Shown piece by piece: positions 36,397 through 49,978 of a DNA stretch of 64,000 nt. The translations under genes and the position numbers were made by a program. The stretch is taken from positions 64,991,923 to 65,055,922 of the forward strand of contig NC_085844.1 in NCBI RefSeq assembly GCF_035594765.1, in the 5' to 3' direction. Source of the DNA: Anolis carolinensis. Taxonomy: Eukaryota. The first letter of the stretch is position 1. Each line of letters begins with the position of its first letter. The notes under the pieces were generated by a model. That model worked only from the letters and a program-made list of their open reading frames with translations, made no database searches and was not told the DNA's origin.

Positions 36397-38822
36397 CCCG
36401 AGGCTAATGCATTTCAACCTTGAATAAACCTGTTATTCCAGGTTAGAATCTTTTTTACTTTTGGGTGTGAAACGGAGTGCAAGGAGGGAAGCAAGACAAT
36501 TACCTTTCCCCCCTGTGTCAAGACCACATCAACATGGGTGGGTATATGGCCATCCCCCAGACAAAAAGGTAGGATCTCCCCCCCCCCCCCCCCAATGTAT
36601 GGCCTTAAAATGCGACACAAACTGGCATTTTAAAATGCTGGTTCATGTTGCATTTTGGCTTGTATAGGAAGGCCCTCTGATGACATATGCAGATATTAAA
36701 ACTCTTCTGGCAGGTCATTCCATAATTTGGGAGCAGCTGAAGAAAAGGTAATTGGGTTAGTTTAGCCCTAGATGAGCATACCCTCTTTTAGGGTCCATTA
36801 AGGATATGGAGTCAGTAGGCAAAGATTCAAACCTTCCCAGTTTTCTGTTTTACCTAGTATCCAACTATCTGTATGGTTCAGTGGTAATAAACAATGTATC
36901 CTAGTACTGAAGTTAGTTACGTTATGGCACTTAAATAGATTCAAGATCTGTTCATGAAATATAGACCTATAGACAGAAAGGTGCTAAAAGCTAGATTTCA
37001 AGGTCTTGAAACCAACTGCTTTCAAGAAACTCAGATCCTGCAAGTGTACTTTACAAGAAAGAGTGATTCTATGTATTAGAAATGTACCTTTTAAGAAGGC
37101 TAAAACAATTATATCTCAAGGTTTGCTGTTACATCACTAAACTAATCAAGAAATAATAGCATGTTATCTGGTTTGAAAATAATTTGGAAATCCAGCTAGA
37201 AAACTTCAGTTTCTGATTTTCAACAGAGAAAACCACCTCAACACATTTAAAGTCGTCTTCTCTATGGTACCTTGCATTGGGACCACTGCCAAAACAGGAC
37301 CACCCTGGTTTCCCTAATGCATGCTCCCTTCCCCCAATAGGTCCTCTGTGAGACAAAGGCATGTCTTCCATTGACCACATTATAAATAAACCATCAGAAG
37401 GAAATATGAATTGGTTACTTCTCTTTCTATTTTAGAAAGCCTTGAATTAAAAAAAAACTAGTTACAAAAGGTAGAATGAAAATAGCTACACATTAAATGG
37501 GGGAAAAAGAAGCTGCTTGAGAAGTCTTTCTTGACTGACCTTGGGAAATGTGCTCCGTAAGAAACACTTATCTATGCCTTGACATTTTTATGAAGAATAA
37601 CAGTAAGAATGCATATGTAAACATTCTATCTCTGTATGTTCTCTGTCAATTATTGGATGTTCTGAAGAAATGCATTGTAATATTCTTTTCTTCTTGTCAA
37701 GTAGCCACCATGGCTTTTTATTTCTTTTTTATTTTTATTTTTTATTTCTTAATGATAGTGCTTGTTTCTTATGAATTGTAATAAGGTTCTTTTGGGAGAT
37801 GGGGATGAATGATTAAAAAATCATGCCTTGCTATCTGTCTTGTGAGCAGGTTATACCAAACACTTCAATGTTCAGTAAATGAAATTTTAGCCAGTCTTGA
37901 CTTGCAAAGTATGTGCCTTAGTGAACAGTTATTTGTTTGTTAAAAGGCCTTAGAGATGCAAAGGGTTGTGATGTTTCTGTTTCATTAAGCAACTGGTGTT
38001 AAAAATCTATTTTTCAAGTTTTGTTGTTTTCAGACAGCCAAATATCAATCAAGAGTGCCATTTAAAGCTTATGCATAAAAACTTGCAAAATAATTCACAG
38101 TGCAAATGCTGTATCTTAAGGTAGATTGTATGTTTTACTGACAAGTCCTTTGCACATTGACATGGTGACAATACTTTATGGTTTAACTTTCAGGGAATGA
38201 ATCTTTCCTCCACACTCCCAAGAAGAAATGATCTCTGTTGAGAGCATTTTATGTGGAAACCATCCAAGTTTTTTGGTTTTTTTTAGTTGCCAAGCAAGGA
38301 TGTTAATGACATTGAAGATGTTAAGGTATGCTGTATTTTTTAACTGATGAAAAATCATATTGATGCTAACCTGCTGTCTCCATAAAAAAAACACTAGAAG
38401 GAAAGGAATTTTGTTTGTGGACACAGCTGGGTGTTATGCTTTGGCAAGCTCATGACATTGGAACCATCTGAGCTGAACATAAAAGATGTCAAAAAGTTCT
38501 AATTAATGTTGTTACTATTTCAACAAAACAGACTTCCAGTATACTTGTTATATTTTTCTGTCCCTCTACCATATCCTGTAAAATCTCATTCCCCCCTTCT
38601 CATTATCTTCCACTTGTGGTTCTCAAATTGCTCCTTCCTCCCCATTTTTCGGTAAGCATATATTTATATCTGACTATATTTGTTTTCTCCGCTGTATCCA
38701 TTTTTTTTATTTTACACAAAATATTTAAATTTCTTAGAATCTAGAACAATATGATAACATCTTAGGACACTGCATTGTCTTTTAATATCTAAGTGTTAAA
38801 TATACTAATATATGCTTTAAAA

Positions 38823-39432
38823 GATAGAATCATAGAGTTGGAAGAGACCTTGTGGGCCATCCAGTCCAATCCCCTGCCAAGAAGCAGGAAAATCACATTC
38901 AAAGCACCCCCGACAGATGGCCATCCATCCTCTGCTTAAAAGCCTCCAAAGAAGGATCCTCAACCACACTCCGGGGGAGAGAGTTCCAGTGCTGAACAGC
39001 TCTCAAAGTTAGGAAGTTCTTCCTAATGTCCAGGTGGAATCTCCTTTCCTGTAATTTGAAGCCATTGTTCCATGTCCTAGTCTCCAAGTTAGCAGAAAAC
39101 AAGTTTGCTTCCTCCTCCCTATGACTTCCCCTCACATATTTATACATGGCTATCATGCCTCCTCTCAGCCTTCTCTTCTGCAGGGTAAACATGCCCAGTT
39201 CTTTAAACTGCTTTTCATATGACTTGTTCTCCAGACCCTTGACCCTCCTCTGAACACATTCCAGCTTGTCAACATCTCCCTTAAATTGCAGTGCCAAGAA
39301 TTGGACACAGTATTCCAGGTGTGGTCTGACCAAGGCAAAATAGAGGGGTAGCATGCCTTCCCTACATCTAGACACTATACTCCTATTTATGCAGGGCAAA
39401 ATCCCATTGGCTTTTTTAGCTGCCGCATCACA
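38823..39432 (-). mobile_element. CR1 LINE 3' end (5'-truncated)
   Basis: CDAAAKKANGIL.CINRSI...LVRPHLEYCVQF...LECVQRR...LKELGMF.LQKRRLRG...WNSLP, followed by a CTCTATGATTCTAT octamer-type tail. Confidence 0.95.
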
Positions 39433-41070
39433 TATCACGTATTGTAGATGACACAAAACCGAAGATAACAGTGAAGATAACTTACTGAAATAAAAGACTT
39501 CTGCTCCCAAGTGCCACAAAATCATGCTGGACAATCTACAAAATAGAGATGTTAGGCATGGATAAATTAAACTGGGGGTAAAGATCCCACTAATCCAAGA
39601 GTTACACTGCATAAGAAACCATTGTACATGAGACTTAAACATTGCAGTTGGGAGCATTCTACTGCAAGATAATAAAATAATAATAGATGTGCCTGATTTT
39701 ACTGTCTGAATGATATGGATGGCAACTTCACTAACTCAAACTAAATCAAACTAAATGCACAGGTAAGATATAATGGTGCAGGAAGTTCAAGACAAATGAA
39801 ATGCAAATCTGAACCATTTCTATTTTCAACAGCCACTGTGACCCTCTTAAATCTGCCTTGAAACAGGTTCTGGAGTAGACTAATGGTAAGCCTAGGGTCA
39901 AGTTAATCCCTGAGCCTAGTTAACTCCCTCTTCTCATCAAGTCCTTGGTTCTAATCTTCAAAGAACATTCTATAGGAAACCAGTTCTCTCTATGAGCAAT
40001 ACTAACTTGTGGTGAATTGTTAACTCACTTTAGCTCCTATTTAATGATAAAGATCAAGTCAACCAGAACGAAGAATTTGAGAGTGGAAGATAAGACGATT
40101 TTGGTCATGGGGATCTGACTAAGGAATAAACTTCAAGAACAGATTAGAATAATTCAGCATCTGGCCACCTTTATGGGTCATACTTCAAGACCTTCTTCTC
40201 TGATAAAGCTTTTCCATCATAATCACACTGACACTCATAACATCTCCCATATTTCTTAGCCTTCAAATAGGGCTTCACACAGCTAGCAAGAGAAATGAAT
40301 CCAAGGTTCCCTGAAGGGCATGAAGTGCCTTGCTCTGGAAATCTTATTAACCTGGAAAGTTTTTTTAAATGGAAACTTCACAAAAGTTCTCCTCCTGAAA
40401 AAGCTAATTCATGGTGACTCCACAGTAATGGGTAACATTTCTATTTCAGTTCCAGATAACATTTTAATATTTTTCTCTTGAAAAAAATAATTAATTTGCC
40501 ATTAGCTACTATAGATTCCTGTGTATTTGTAAAAGATTGTAGAAATAAAATGGAACACTGAGTTATTTCACATTACTGATCTTGTGAGTTGCAAAATTTT
40601 CACAACAGCAACAACAACAATAACATACCTATTCATTAAATATATTAGAAACATTTATTACAGTGCATGAGGATCAGAGCCTCTTGAGGAATCTAGACAT
40701 GCAATTTATAAGCATTTCTCCAGGACTTTATAGTCTCATTAGGTGAAATAAATCTTTTAAAAATATTGTTAGTCACATATTTAGGGTGTTCTCAATTATG
40801 ATCAAATTAATGTTAATATCAGATTGGCTGGAGAGTGCAATCACTTCAGCATGGCCTGGTTAAATCAGCTGAAATGTAAACATGCAGCTAACAAAATGAG
40901 ATATAATTAATCAGTCATTGGATGGGAGCACAGAAGATATCTTCATGTCCTCTCTATACCTTTTGCAGAACAAATTTTGTGTCACCTTAGAATGGGTCAT
41001 GACTTGGTGGCACTGCAAAAGGTGTAGTGGTGAAAAGCCATGCCTCATACCCCAATCATATATGCCATAG

Positions 41071-41394
41071 GTAAAGGTAAAGATTTCTTCTAGCGTAGTC
41101 GTGTCTGACTCTGCGGGTTGGTGCTCATCTCCATTTCTAAGCTGAAGAGCCGGCATTGTCCATAGATGCCTCCGAGGTCATGTGGCTGGCATGACTGCAT
41201 AAAGCGGCGTTACCTTCCCACCAGAGTGGTACCTATCGATCTACTCACATTTGCATGTTTCTGCGCTGCTAGGTTGGCAGAAGCTGGGGCTAACAGCGGG
41301 CGCTCATCCCGCTCCCATTATTTAAACCGCCAACCTTTCGATCAGCAGGTTCAACAGCTCAGCAGTTTTACCTGCTGCACCACAGGGGGCTCCA
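41071..41394 (-). mobile_element. Sauria SINE, full length, more diverged
   Basis: Family body and ACCTTT tail, with a 14-bp TSD CATATATGCCATAG at 41057-41070 and 41395-41408. Confidence 0.95.
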
Positions 41395-43644
41395 CATATA
41401 TGCCATAGATATCATTAATATGAGAATATTAGTAGGACACATATGGAGTTTTTTCCCCCCTAAAATGTAGCAAATCCATCTGCACAAAGTGATTTGATAC
41501 ATTTCGATAGTTTTGATCTGTACACAATATTCTATTTCTAGCCAACAATATGCTGCCACCTAGAACATTTAAAAAATGGTATCTTTAGGAAATAAACTCC
41601 ACACGTGCATCCAATCAAATGCTGTATTAGGTGAGGGCCCATTCCATCCATGTCAGTGGGGAAATCAATCCAATCTCGGGTTCAGTATATTTAAAAGATA
41701 TATTCAAGGTCAAAGAGTCCAACACCTTGGATAACTCCTTTAAATTTCATACTGAAACCACTAGACTGGATTCATTGCCCACTGATATGGAAATCACAAT
41801 TGATGATGATGGTACAGATCTCCTGATCCTAACCACTCCGTCCCCAAGTTCCTGCTATGTTGTATTTCAAAAGACACCAAGAAGAAAGTTTCAGAACTGG
41901 CTTACTGCCTTTTGAGTAGCAATGAGAAAAGGTTAAATTTGGAGGGAGAAATGTGAACATTCCAGTGCACAGATGTTTGATTCTGGGCATAGACAACAAG
42001 AAGAACAAATTGTCTGCTCCTGAAGGCCTCTGAAGGGTGCAAAGACTGTCAAAAATGCCCCCTTTAATTTGTTTGATGTTAAATAGTACTGGGAATCTGC
42101 TAAATATTGATAAGCGGAATCCCTGCTTCCGAAGACTTCTAAATGGGTCAATTCACTCTCTTGAGGGACCACAAGATGACAAACACTGGGGGACCAAAAG
42201 CCACAAAAACAGCTTTGGGTGGCCCCACATGTCTGTCCATATCCATGGTTCACTGACCCAGGTGAGAGGTACCCAGGTAAGTGCATCAAGGAAAGTGGAA
42301 GTATCATTCCAATATTGCACAGAAGAGTTGTTTTTAAGTACATAGCAGAGGTGTTTGCTTTTTTCTAAATGGAGTTTGAGTAGATTTGATGTTTTTAAAC
42401 AGAACATAGTAAACAAACTTTAGAACTTCTCCAGATTTCCTAAGATAGCTATTGCTTGGCTTTTCTATTGGATTCCTGGATCTCATTGTGCAGAGAAAAT
42501 TGCCTAATCTGCATGGCAAGCTGGTGCTCATGAATGGCTTGCTGTGTGAAGGCAGCCACCATGGGGAGCACATGGTAGCCCTTAATGTACAAGAATCTCT
42601 CACAATTGCTTTTCCTTTGCTTCTCAGTTATCACGTTTGACACTATATCACAAGGGTGCCAATGCTTTCTATTTCCCAGACAGAGTTACCAATGTTATGT
42701 TCTTCTGCCATGCCCTGGGCTAGGTTTTATGAAGATTTCAAGATACTGATCTTACATGCATTATCACAATATTTTTCATTCAGAAAACACAACTGGGCTA
42801 ACGGTTCCTTTCCTTAACTGGAGTCACTAAATGCACAGTGTAGTTAACCTGCTAAGAGTGGTGTCTAGACTGCTCAGAGGTCAGCAGTTAGGGTGTACTG
42901 CCAAGCAATGCTCAGTGCTTTGTACCATCCTCAGGAGATGAAAAGCAACATCTGCTTCCTGACAACTTGTGTAGTCCTGAAGTGAGAGATTGATTAGGTT
43001 AGGCTTGATCTATGGTCTCCCATGAGGCTGGGTGTGTTGCATTACCATGCAGCCATCAGGCACAGCTAATTCAGCATCCTAAAAGGTGAACTTCAAAGGT
43101 TTGTATTAATTAGAAGGGAAAAAAAATAAATCCACCCTTTCTCCCCTGCCAGTCAAGGAGAAATGCACAGCTTTAGAATGACAACGAAAGCACAGCTAAC
43201 AGCTCCAAACAACTGAAGGTCAGCTTCTCTTTCTCTTAACTGCATATACAGAAAGCTTTCTAAAATTTCTGAACTAACTTCTGGCATTCCTTTAATACTG
43301 TGCAACTCACTTTGACAAGGTAAAAATGCATTTATTGCTACAAAACAAATCACCATCAAGGCCAAATAAGTCATGAAAGCCAAATCCTCACCTGAAATGG
43401 GAATTACAGGATTCTTCATGAATGTTCCCTAAATTCCAGGAAAGACTTTCAGATATGGTCCAGGCATAGAGGAAGATTTTGGTCTATCTGGTGTTCTTCC
43501 ATGGAAATGTAATAATAAGGGGTTTCATACTATTTCGATAATCTTCAAACTGCAAAGAGATTGGGGGAAAGAGTAAAATTACTTATTTAACAGTGGATGC
43601 TTCTAGGTGGGAAAATATATAGAATTCTTTGTTTTGTTTCTATT

Positions 43645-43810
43645 TGTTGTTTTGTGCCTACATGATGTTTCTGGTATGATGACCCTAAGGTGAAATTGTC
43701 ATGTTTTCTTTTCTGAGTTTAAGAGTGTGTGACTTGGTCAAGGCCTCCCAGTGTTTTTTCATGGAGGAGTGGGGATTCGAACCTTGTTGTGTAGTCCAAC
43801 ACTTTACGTA
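43645..43810 (-). mobile_element. Old tRNA-derived SINE (related copies ~46745-46960 and ~47632-47830)
   Basis: B box GGTTCGAATCCCC on the minus strand. A GTGTGACTTG.CCAAGG..ACCCAG core is shared with the other two copies. Confidence 0.6.
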
Positions 43811-44145
43811 TTATGTTATATTATTGTGCAGATCCAGACAATGTTTTCCTCATTCTGAAACATTTCCAAGCTAATGACAAGACTTTTTATCCTTGGGCCT
43901 TAGGACATTTTAAATTAATCCAGTACTTTCTAAAGTGAAATATAACTGTACTTCTATGCGTGTTCCTACTCAATAATAAACCAGAAAATTCTGCATAGAT
44001 GAAATGACATTGGAAAGTAAAAGAAACAACAAATCAATTGATTGGTGGCAGTAAATTATTCACCCAGTCATATAGAGAAGCACTATTTATAACTGTGAAA
44101 ACTGATATTTTTGATTTGGCAGGAACACAGAGGACGGTCTTCTCA

Positions 44146-44667
44146 GGGCCCTTCAAGACAGGCCCAAATCACAAAAGGAAGTGGGATTTAAAATCCTGAT
44201 TCATTTCACAATTTAGGCCACACATAGTGCCCAAATCCCAAGTTTTCCCTGGAGGGATGGGTTGACCTGGGGCCTGGCTGCATCAGGAGCTCTCTCTGAA
44301 GGGCCTGTGGATGCAGGCAGGCCCCTCTGGTAAGTTTACCAGAGAAATAGGGGAGCTGCGAGGGGAGGGTGTGGGCGGCTATTTTGCTCCTTTGGGCTCT
44401 TAGAGCCCAAAGAACAGGGATGACAATGGAGACTGGTCTCCGGGATCGTGGAAGGTGGTCCCGAGAGTCAATCCCCACAGGCCCAGCACCTGAAAAGATC
44501 TGGTCCTTGCAGTAATGTCCGGATCGTTTCAGGTGTTTTTTAAATCCAGAATAAACTGGGAAATCCCAGTTTACTCTGGATTAAATTGGATTAACCTAAG
44601 GCATTGTTTGGATGCCTCAGGTTAATCCAAAATCCACCACAGGTTTTGGGCCTTTGTGGAAGGGCCC
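44146..44667. mobile_element. PIF/Harbinger-type non-autonomous element inserted in an L2 3' fragment (~44110-44780)
   Basis: GGGCCCTTC...GGCCCAAA / TTTGGGCC...GAAGGGCCC termini. The rejoined flanks read GTQRTVFS|VAAPRLCNSLP (L2 ORF2 C-terminus). Confidence 0.75.
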
Positions 44668-44860
44668 CAGTGGCTGCTCCCAGGCTGTGTAACTCCCTTC
44701 CCAACAAGCTTAGCATAGCACTTTCCTGAACAAACAAGTTGAAAAGCTACCTTCTTCCCCGCAAACAAGTCCTTAGTGGCTGATTGTTCAGGGAGGAAAG
44801 GACCTTTCAAAATTGTTTTTTTTGTTGCCGCTTCTTTTTTCATGTTCTTTTAAAAAAACC

Positions 44861-44909
<49 letters not shown>
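44861..44909. repeat. (TA)n(TG)n microsatellite
   Basis: Direct repeat run. Confidence 0.95.
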
Positions 44910-44912
<3 letters not shown>

Positions 44913-45989
44913 GAGGCTGTATTTCTTTTAACATAAGTTATCTAGAGTCCCAGGCCAGGAAAAAGACAAAGTATTCAGAAGCAGTAGGAGGTGGTGGTGA
45001 CAAGGGGAAAAGCTGGATTCAAAGACATTTAAGCTCAACTCAAAATGTGTCAAAGTGTTTCCAGTTCAGGCATTCTGAATTCCCTTAGGTCTAGGCTTGC
45101 CATAATCATTACTTACAGCAACAGACTTTTAAATCTGTTGTGAAAGTAGAAGATGAGACAGATACAGATCATTTTATCCATTCCTTCTGAGACTCTGTTG
45201 ACTGTTGAACTGCCCTATCTGTTCTTGTAAGCAGGTCTACCAAACAGATGTTGTAAAAGGCTATGAAGTTCAACTCCTCCAATAATTTGCTTTTAGCAAG
45301 GGGCAAGGAGCTATGTAACGGGGGAATGTGGAAGAAACATTGCAATTAACTCAAGCGAACCACTCCTGTTTCTGTGAATCAAAACATGAAAACCTTTCAA
45401 AATGAAGGTAGATTGTGCTTTTCAGAGGGGTCTACTATTGGTAAACTCTTTAGCAATTAGAATCAGTAACATTTTACAGTTGCAAAATCTGTGATCATTA
45501 TTTTAAGAAACTGGCCATGGGGACATTTTAATTTATCCTGCATTATGCCCTTTTAATATCAAATTGAGGACACCAGATCTAAAAAGCAATGCTATACACA
45601 TATTCTCGTTAACTTCTCACCAAAAAATGAACTGAAAGAAATGTGTGTTAACTGAAATCAATAAATAGAGCTATTCTTAGCAGGGACTTGCATGTTCTAG
45701 CAAAAGGGCTGTCAAAAATAAGGGGCTAGCCAGGACTAAAAAAATGTATCCAGTATAACATAGCACTACAAATATGGATGAATGCAGTAGGATTCAGTAT
45801 GGGACTCAAGACTGTTCGTTTGGATGAGTAATTTTTTTCTATTTCACAATTATTGTAATGTCAAGTTCTTTTTAACAGATTTATAAAAAATATCAAAAAA
45901 TAAAAATAAAAAATAAAATTCTAGAAGCTTAACAAAAGCAATGACCAATTCTGAACAGGAATTCCAAAAATCACTTAAGGCAAAAGCAA

Positions 45990-46703
45990 GAAACTAATCC
46001 AAGGTTTGTTGCACTTAAACTAAAATTATATCCAAAAGCTTGAAAGCATGAACATGGTCATAATCCAAAGGCTTGATACTTGAATTTGACTATAATCCCA
46101 AAGGCTTGAAACTTGAAACAAGATTTGTAATCCAAACAGGAGGCATGGAATTTGAACAGGAAATCAAGATACAGACCCAAGAACAGAACTCCTGACTCAG
46201 AGCTTCCATGACAGGTAACTTGACACATGAAAATCCAACATTGATGTCCCCCTCCCCCCCTCCCCCCGGAACATTGACTCCAGTTCCTTAAGAGTACTCC
46301 CCTTTGCCCATGACATCACCTTTTCTTACACCTTGTTTTCCCTTGTTTTTCTTTCAGTCTCTAGGATTTGTCTCTGTTTTGCACTATCCCTGCTGATCTC
46401 TAAACACAGGGTTATCTGTAACCCTCTTGTGTCCCTCACATTCCTTTCCAAGTCAATTCCTGGCCGATTCTCATGAGAATCATTGCCTGTTTCCCCAACA
46501 ACAGATCTACTCAAAACATTCCCATTGTCTCATAAAACACTTTAGTTTTACCCCACAAAAACACTAGGGTCAACCAGAACATTCTTGTCTTCATCCTGAG
46601 AGGCTTCACAGGCCTCAACAAATATTTTGTGTGTATCCCCAATGAACAAAGGAACAATTTATACTCTAAGGAGATCAAGGATGTCATAGGCACTGTTGTC
46701 ACT
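45990..46703 (-). mobile_element. Probable old solo LTR related to the chromovirus LTR
   Basis: The minus strand has GGAGTCAA (46274-46281), TTCAAGTATCAAG / TTGGATTA-type repeats like those in the intact R region, and a decayed acidic-then-basic reading frame. Boundaries are approximate. Confidence 0.5.
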
Positions 46704-49141
46704 TGATTTCCTTTGAAAGGTTTTTTAAAATCTCATACATGATGGTTTGTTGTGCACCTTCATGTTCAATCCAATTTATAGCAACTCTACCATGGGGTTT
46801 TATTGGCAAACTGTATCCAAAGGAAGTTTGCCCATTTGCCTTCCACTTAAACTGAACAAGTGTGACTTACCTAAGTTCACTCATGCCATTTACATGGATG
46901 CATGGGGACTTAAACCCTGGTCTCCCAAACACATGATTTAACTTTCAAACCATATTGGCTCACATAATGATATACAAACAGAAAATCAATACATGGAAGA
47001 AATATTGATTATTATTGATGCTCCATTTCCATCCCACTTTTCCTCCATTAAGCTCATGGTTGCATATATGGTGCTGTACTGGCACATCTTTATCTTGAAA
47101 ATTAGGACCTTATCAGATGGCCCTTTTTAAAGTGGGGGAAATCATGGGCAGTGTTGGGGACACCCTGGCTGTGTTCCTTACTGTCAGGGTCCATCCTCTG
47201 CTTTCCCACAATGTTTACCCACTGTCCTTGCTTCCTCTTTGGCTCCTCTGCCTTTTTTGGATAAAGAATCAGCTGGGCTTCTGGGCTTCTCTGCTACAAT
47301 GCTGCCAGCGTGGAGCCTCAGTGAAAGTAGCTCTGCATCATGTGATGGGCTCCAGGGGACTCCATGCTGGCAATACAGGGAAGTGGGGATAAGATGCTTC
47401 TCTGCCTCCATCTGACAAGGTCATAACTCTATCAGGTAGATTAAAACAAGATGGAAAGAGTTACATTGCTGACTTGAATCTGGATTTCAAAAATATTATC
47501 AAACAATCCAAATTATCAAACAATCCAAGCATTACACTGCACTGGCAACAAAAGCAGCAGCAGCAAACAATCAATAAGACAAACCCACATCCAGAGAAAA
47601 CTTGCATAGTAGTTAAAAGCAAGAACTTTCTTATTGTGTGCTGTCATTTCTGATTTCTGATTACCCTAAAATGAACCTATCACACTTTTTTCTTAGCAGG
47701 ATTTGTTGGACAGTGTTGCCTTTGCTTCTCTCTGAGGCTAAGAGACTGTGACTTGCTTAAGATCACCCAGTCGGTTTCCATGGCTGGATGCTGATTCTAG
47801 AGTCATAGTACAACATTCAAACCAGCTCTGCCCAAAAGCAAGAACTATCCACCAGAAAGTCCCCTATTCAAATATCAGTTATCACTTAATTAGCATTTGT
47901 TAATAAATATCCATGAGAAGGTGAAATTGTTCATGACCTTCTTCTTCATTGCCAGCCAGTTCATTAGTAGAAAATCCTAGTTTTTCTTAGGTGTCTGCTA
48001 GGGTTATCGTTTCTAATGACATTCTTTTTCTTACTGAATGAACTCATTCATTTCACTCCTCCCCTTGAAATCAATAATGCTGGGCTTCAGAAGCAAGGTC
48101 CTGGAGGTGTGAATAAATGGCTACAAACTGTCCTTCAGCAACTCGAGATTAATCAGCTTTTCAGCTTTTCTTTCCCTTAATGGAAGCTTTAGCATTTTCA
48201 TTTAGCAATGCCTGACACAGGCTATCACAAGTGTAATGCTCTATGATGGTTTCTTGCAATTTGTGTCTTTACGTTTGGGATACATTTCACTACGAAAGAT
48301 TTCGCTAGAGCTATGAGCAAGCATGATGATGATCTATGAACGAGTTCCTTCCAGTAAAACTGTTCTGGCAAACATTCCCCTGCGATTGTTCATTCGGAAG
48401 TGTTTAGATCAAATGTAATTTCTCAACCAGAAGATGGGCAAGGAGTGGAGGATTAAAGAAAGCAAGTAAGGAAGGGACTTTTTTTTTGCTAAGAAAGGAG
48501 GGGGGAAGCAAAGTAAAACAGTTTAAGTGTTGTCAGTACTAGTTAGGTGGTGTTTCTTGATAATTATCTTGAGGGATGCCTATAATGACTTCTGTTCAGA
48601 ACCCATTAGAAATGAGACCATGCAGTGCAGCCCACAGAAATGCAGCAGTAACCATTCAATCTTACATTAAGGACTTGTGGGGGTACATTAAACTTAACAC
48701 ATCATTTCACATACAAGCTCTACCCAAATACAGCAGATCCATATTTCCACTTGTGGGGAGTTTGTTGCAGTGTTTTCCCCATTGTGATTTTAAAATTTTG
48801 ACAGAAATGAAGTGTTATGAAAATTAAAAGAAAGCTAATAAAGTTACATCTTTAAAAATATATATAACTGCTGAAAAAGAGCATTAGGAATGTTATGGCT
48901 GTTCACCATCTACATGATTTCCCTACTTGTGTAGCTGCTCTATATGTATATACTTGCTTTGAAGAAGCTTTATATGTGTACCCTGATGTCACATAGATGT
49001 CTCTCACACTGGCTGAATTATGACGTATTTGTATGTGTATATGTATGTCTTAGCTTATTTTCAGTCAATTCATTCACTTAATCATGTATCCATCCATTCA
49101 AATATTTTATAAACTGCCCAATGGAAAATGCCCTAAAAGTA

Positions 49142-49468
49142 AGTAAAAGTTTCCCCTGACGTTAAGTCCAGTCGTGACCGGCTCTGGGGGTTGGTGCTCA
49201 TCTCCATTTCTAAGCCACAGAGCCAGCATTGTCCATAGACACCTCCAAGGTCATGTGGCTGGCATGACTGCATGGAGCGCCGTTACCTTCCCACCGTAGC
49301 GGTACCTATTGATCTACTCACATTTGCATGTTTTCGAACTGCTAGATTGGCAGGAGCTGGGGCTAACAGCGGACGCTCATTCCGCTCCCAGGATTTGAAC
49401 CTGGGACCTTTTGGTCCACAAGTTCAGCAGCTCAGCGCTTTAACACACTGTGCCACCAGGGGCCCCAA
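49142..49468 (-). mobile_element. Sauria SINE, full length
   Basis: Family body, with TSD CCTAAAAGTA at 49132-49141 and 49469-49478. Confidence 0.95.
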
Positions 49469-49741
49469 CCTAAAAGTAGCTTACCAATATTTCATAAGCA
49501 ATCAATAAAATCAACTATTTTACAGTAGAAGTAAGTAAACTAACTGAAATGGCACTTATATGTTCAACCACTAAAACACAAAGAGATAAAAAGAAAAGCA
49601 GAAAAATAGATAGGACCTGAATTCCTGTCAAAAGAGTAAGGTCTTAATTTAAAACGCAAACAGTGAGAATGTCAGGTGACTCTTTCTTGGCAAGATGTTC
49701 CACAATAAAGTGGGACAATACTAGGGTGTTTATTTTATGGT

Positions 49742-49978
49742 GGGAGCATTGTGAGCGGCCGCTGTTAGCTCTAGCTCCTGCCAACCTAGCAGTTCGAAAA
49801 CATGCCAATGTGAGTAGATCAATAGGTACCGCTCCGGCGCTCCATGCAGTCATGCCGGCCACATGACCTTGGAGGTGCCTACGGACAACGCCGTCTCTTC
49901 GGCTTAGAAATGGAGATGAGCACCAACCCCCAGAGTCAGACATGACTGGACTTAATGTCAGGGGAAACCTTTACCTTT
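49742..49978 (+). mobile_element. Sauria SINE, 5'-truncated
   Basis: CCGCTGTTAGC...GTAGATCAATAGGTACCGC...CAGGGGAAACCTTTACCTTT. Confidence 0.92.

Noticed and set aside
38899-39657. 252-aa ORF as a host gene
   Set aside because: The C-terminal ~175 aa are the CR1 ORF2 end, and the N-terminus is chance read-through into flanking DNA.
46040-46140. Repeat-spacer-like pattern (TAATCC..AAAGGCTTGA.ACTTGAA) resembling a CRISPR array
   Set aside because: The units are degenerate and irregular, the genome is a vertebrate one with no cas genes, and LTR-internal repeats explain it better.
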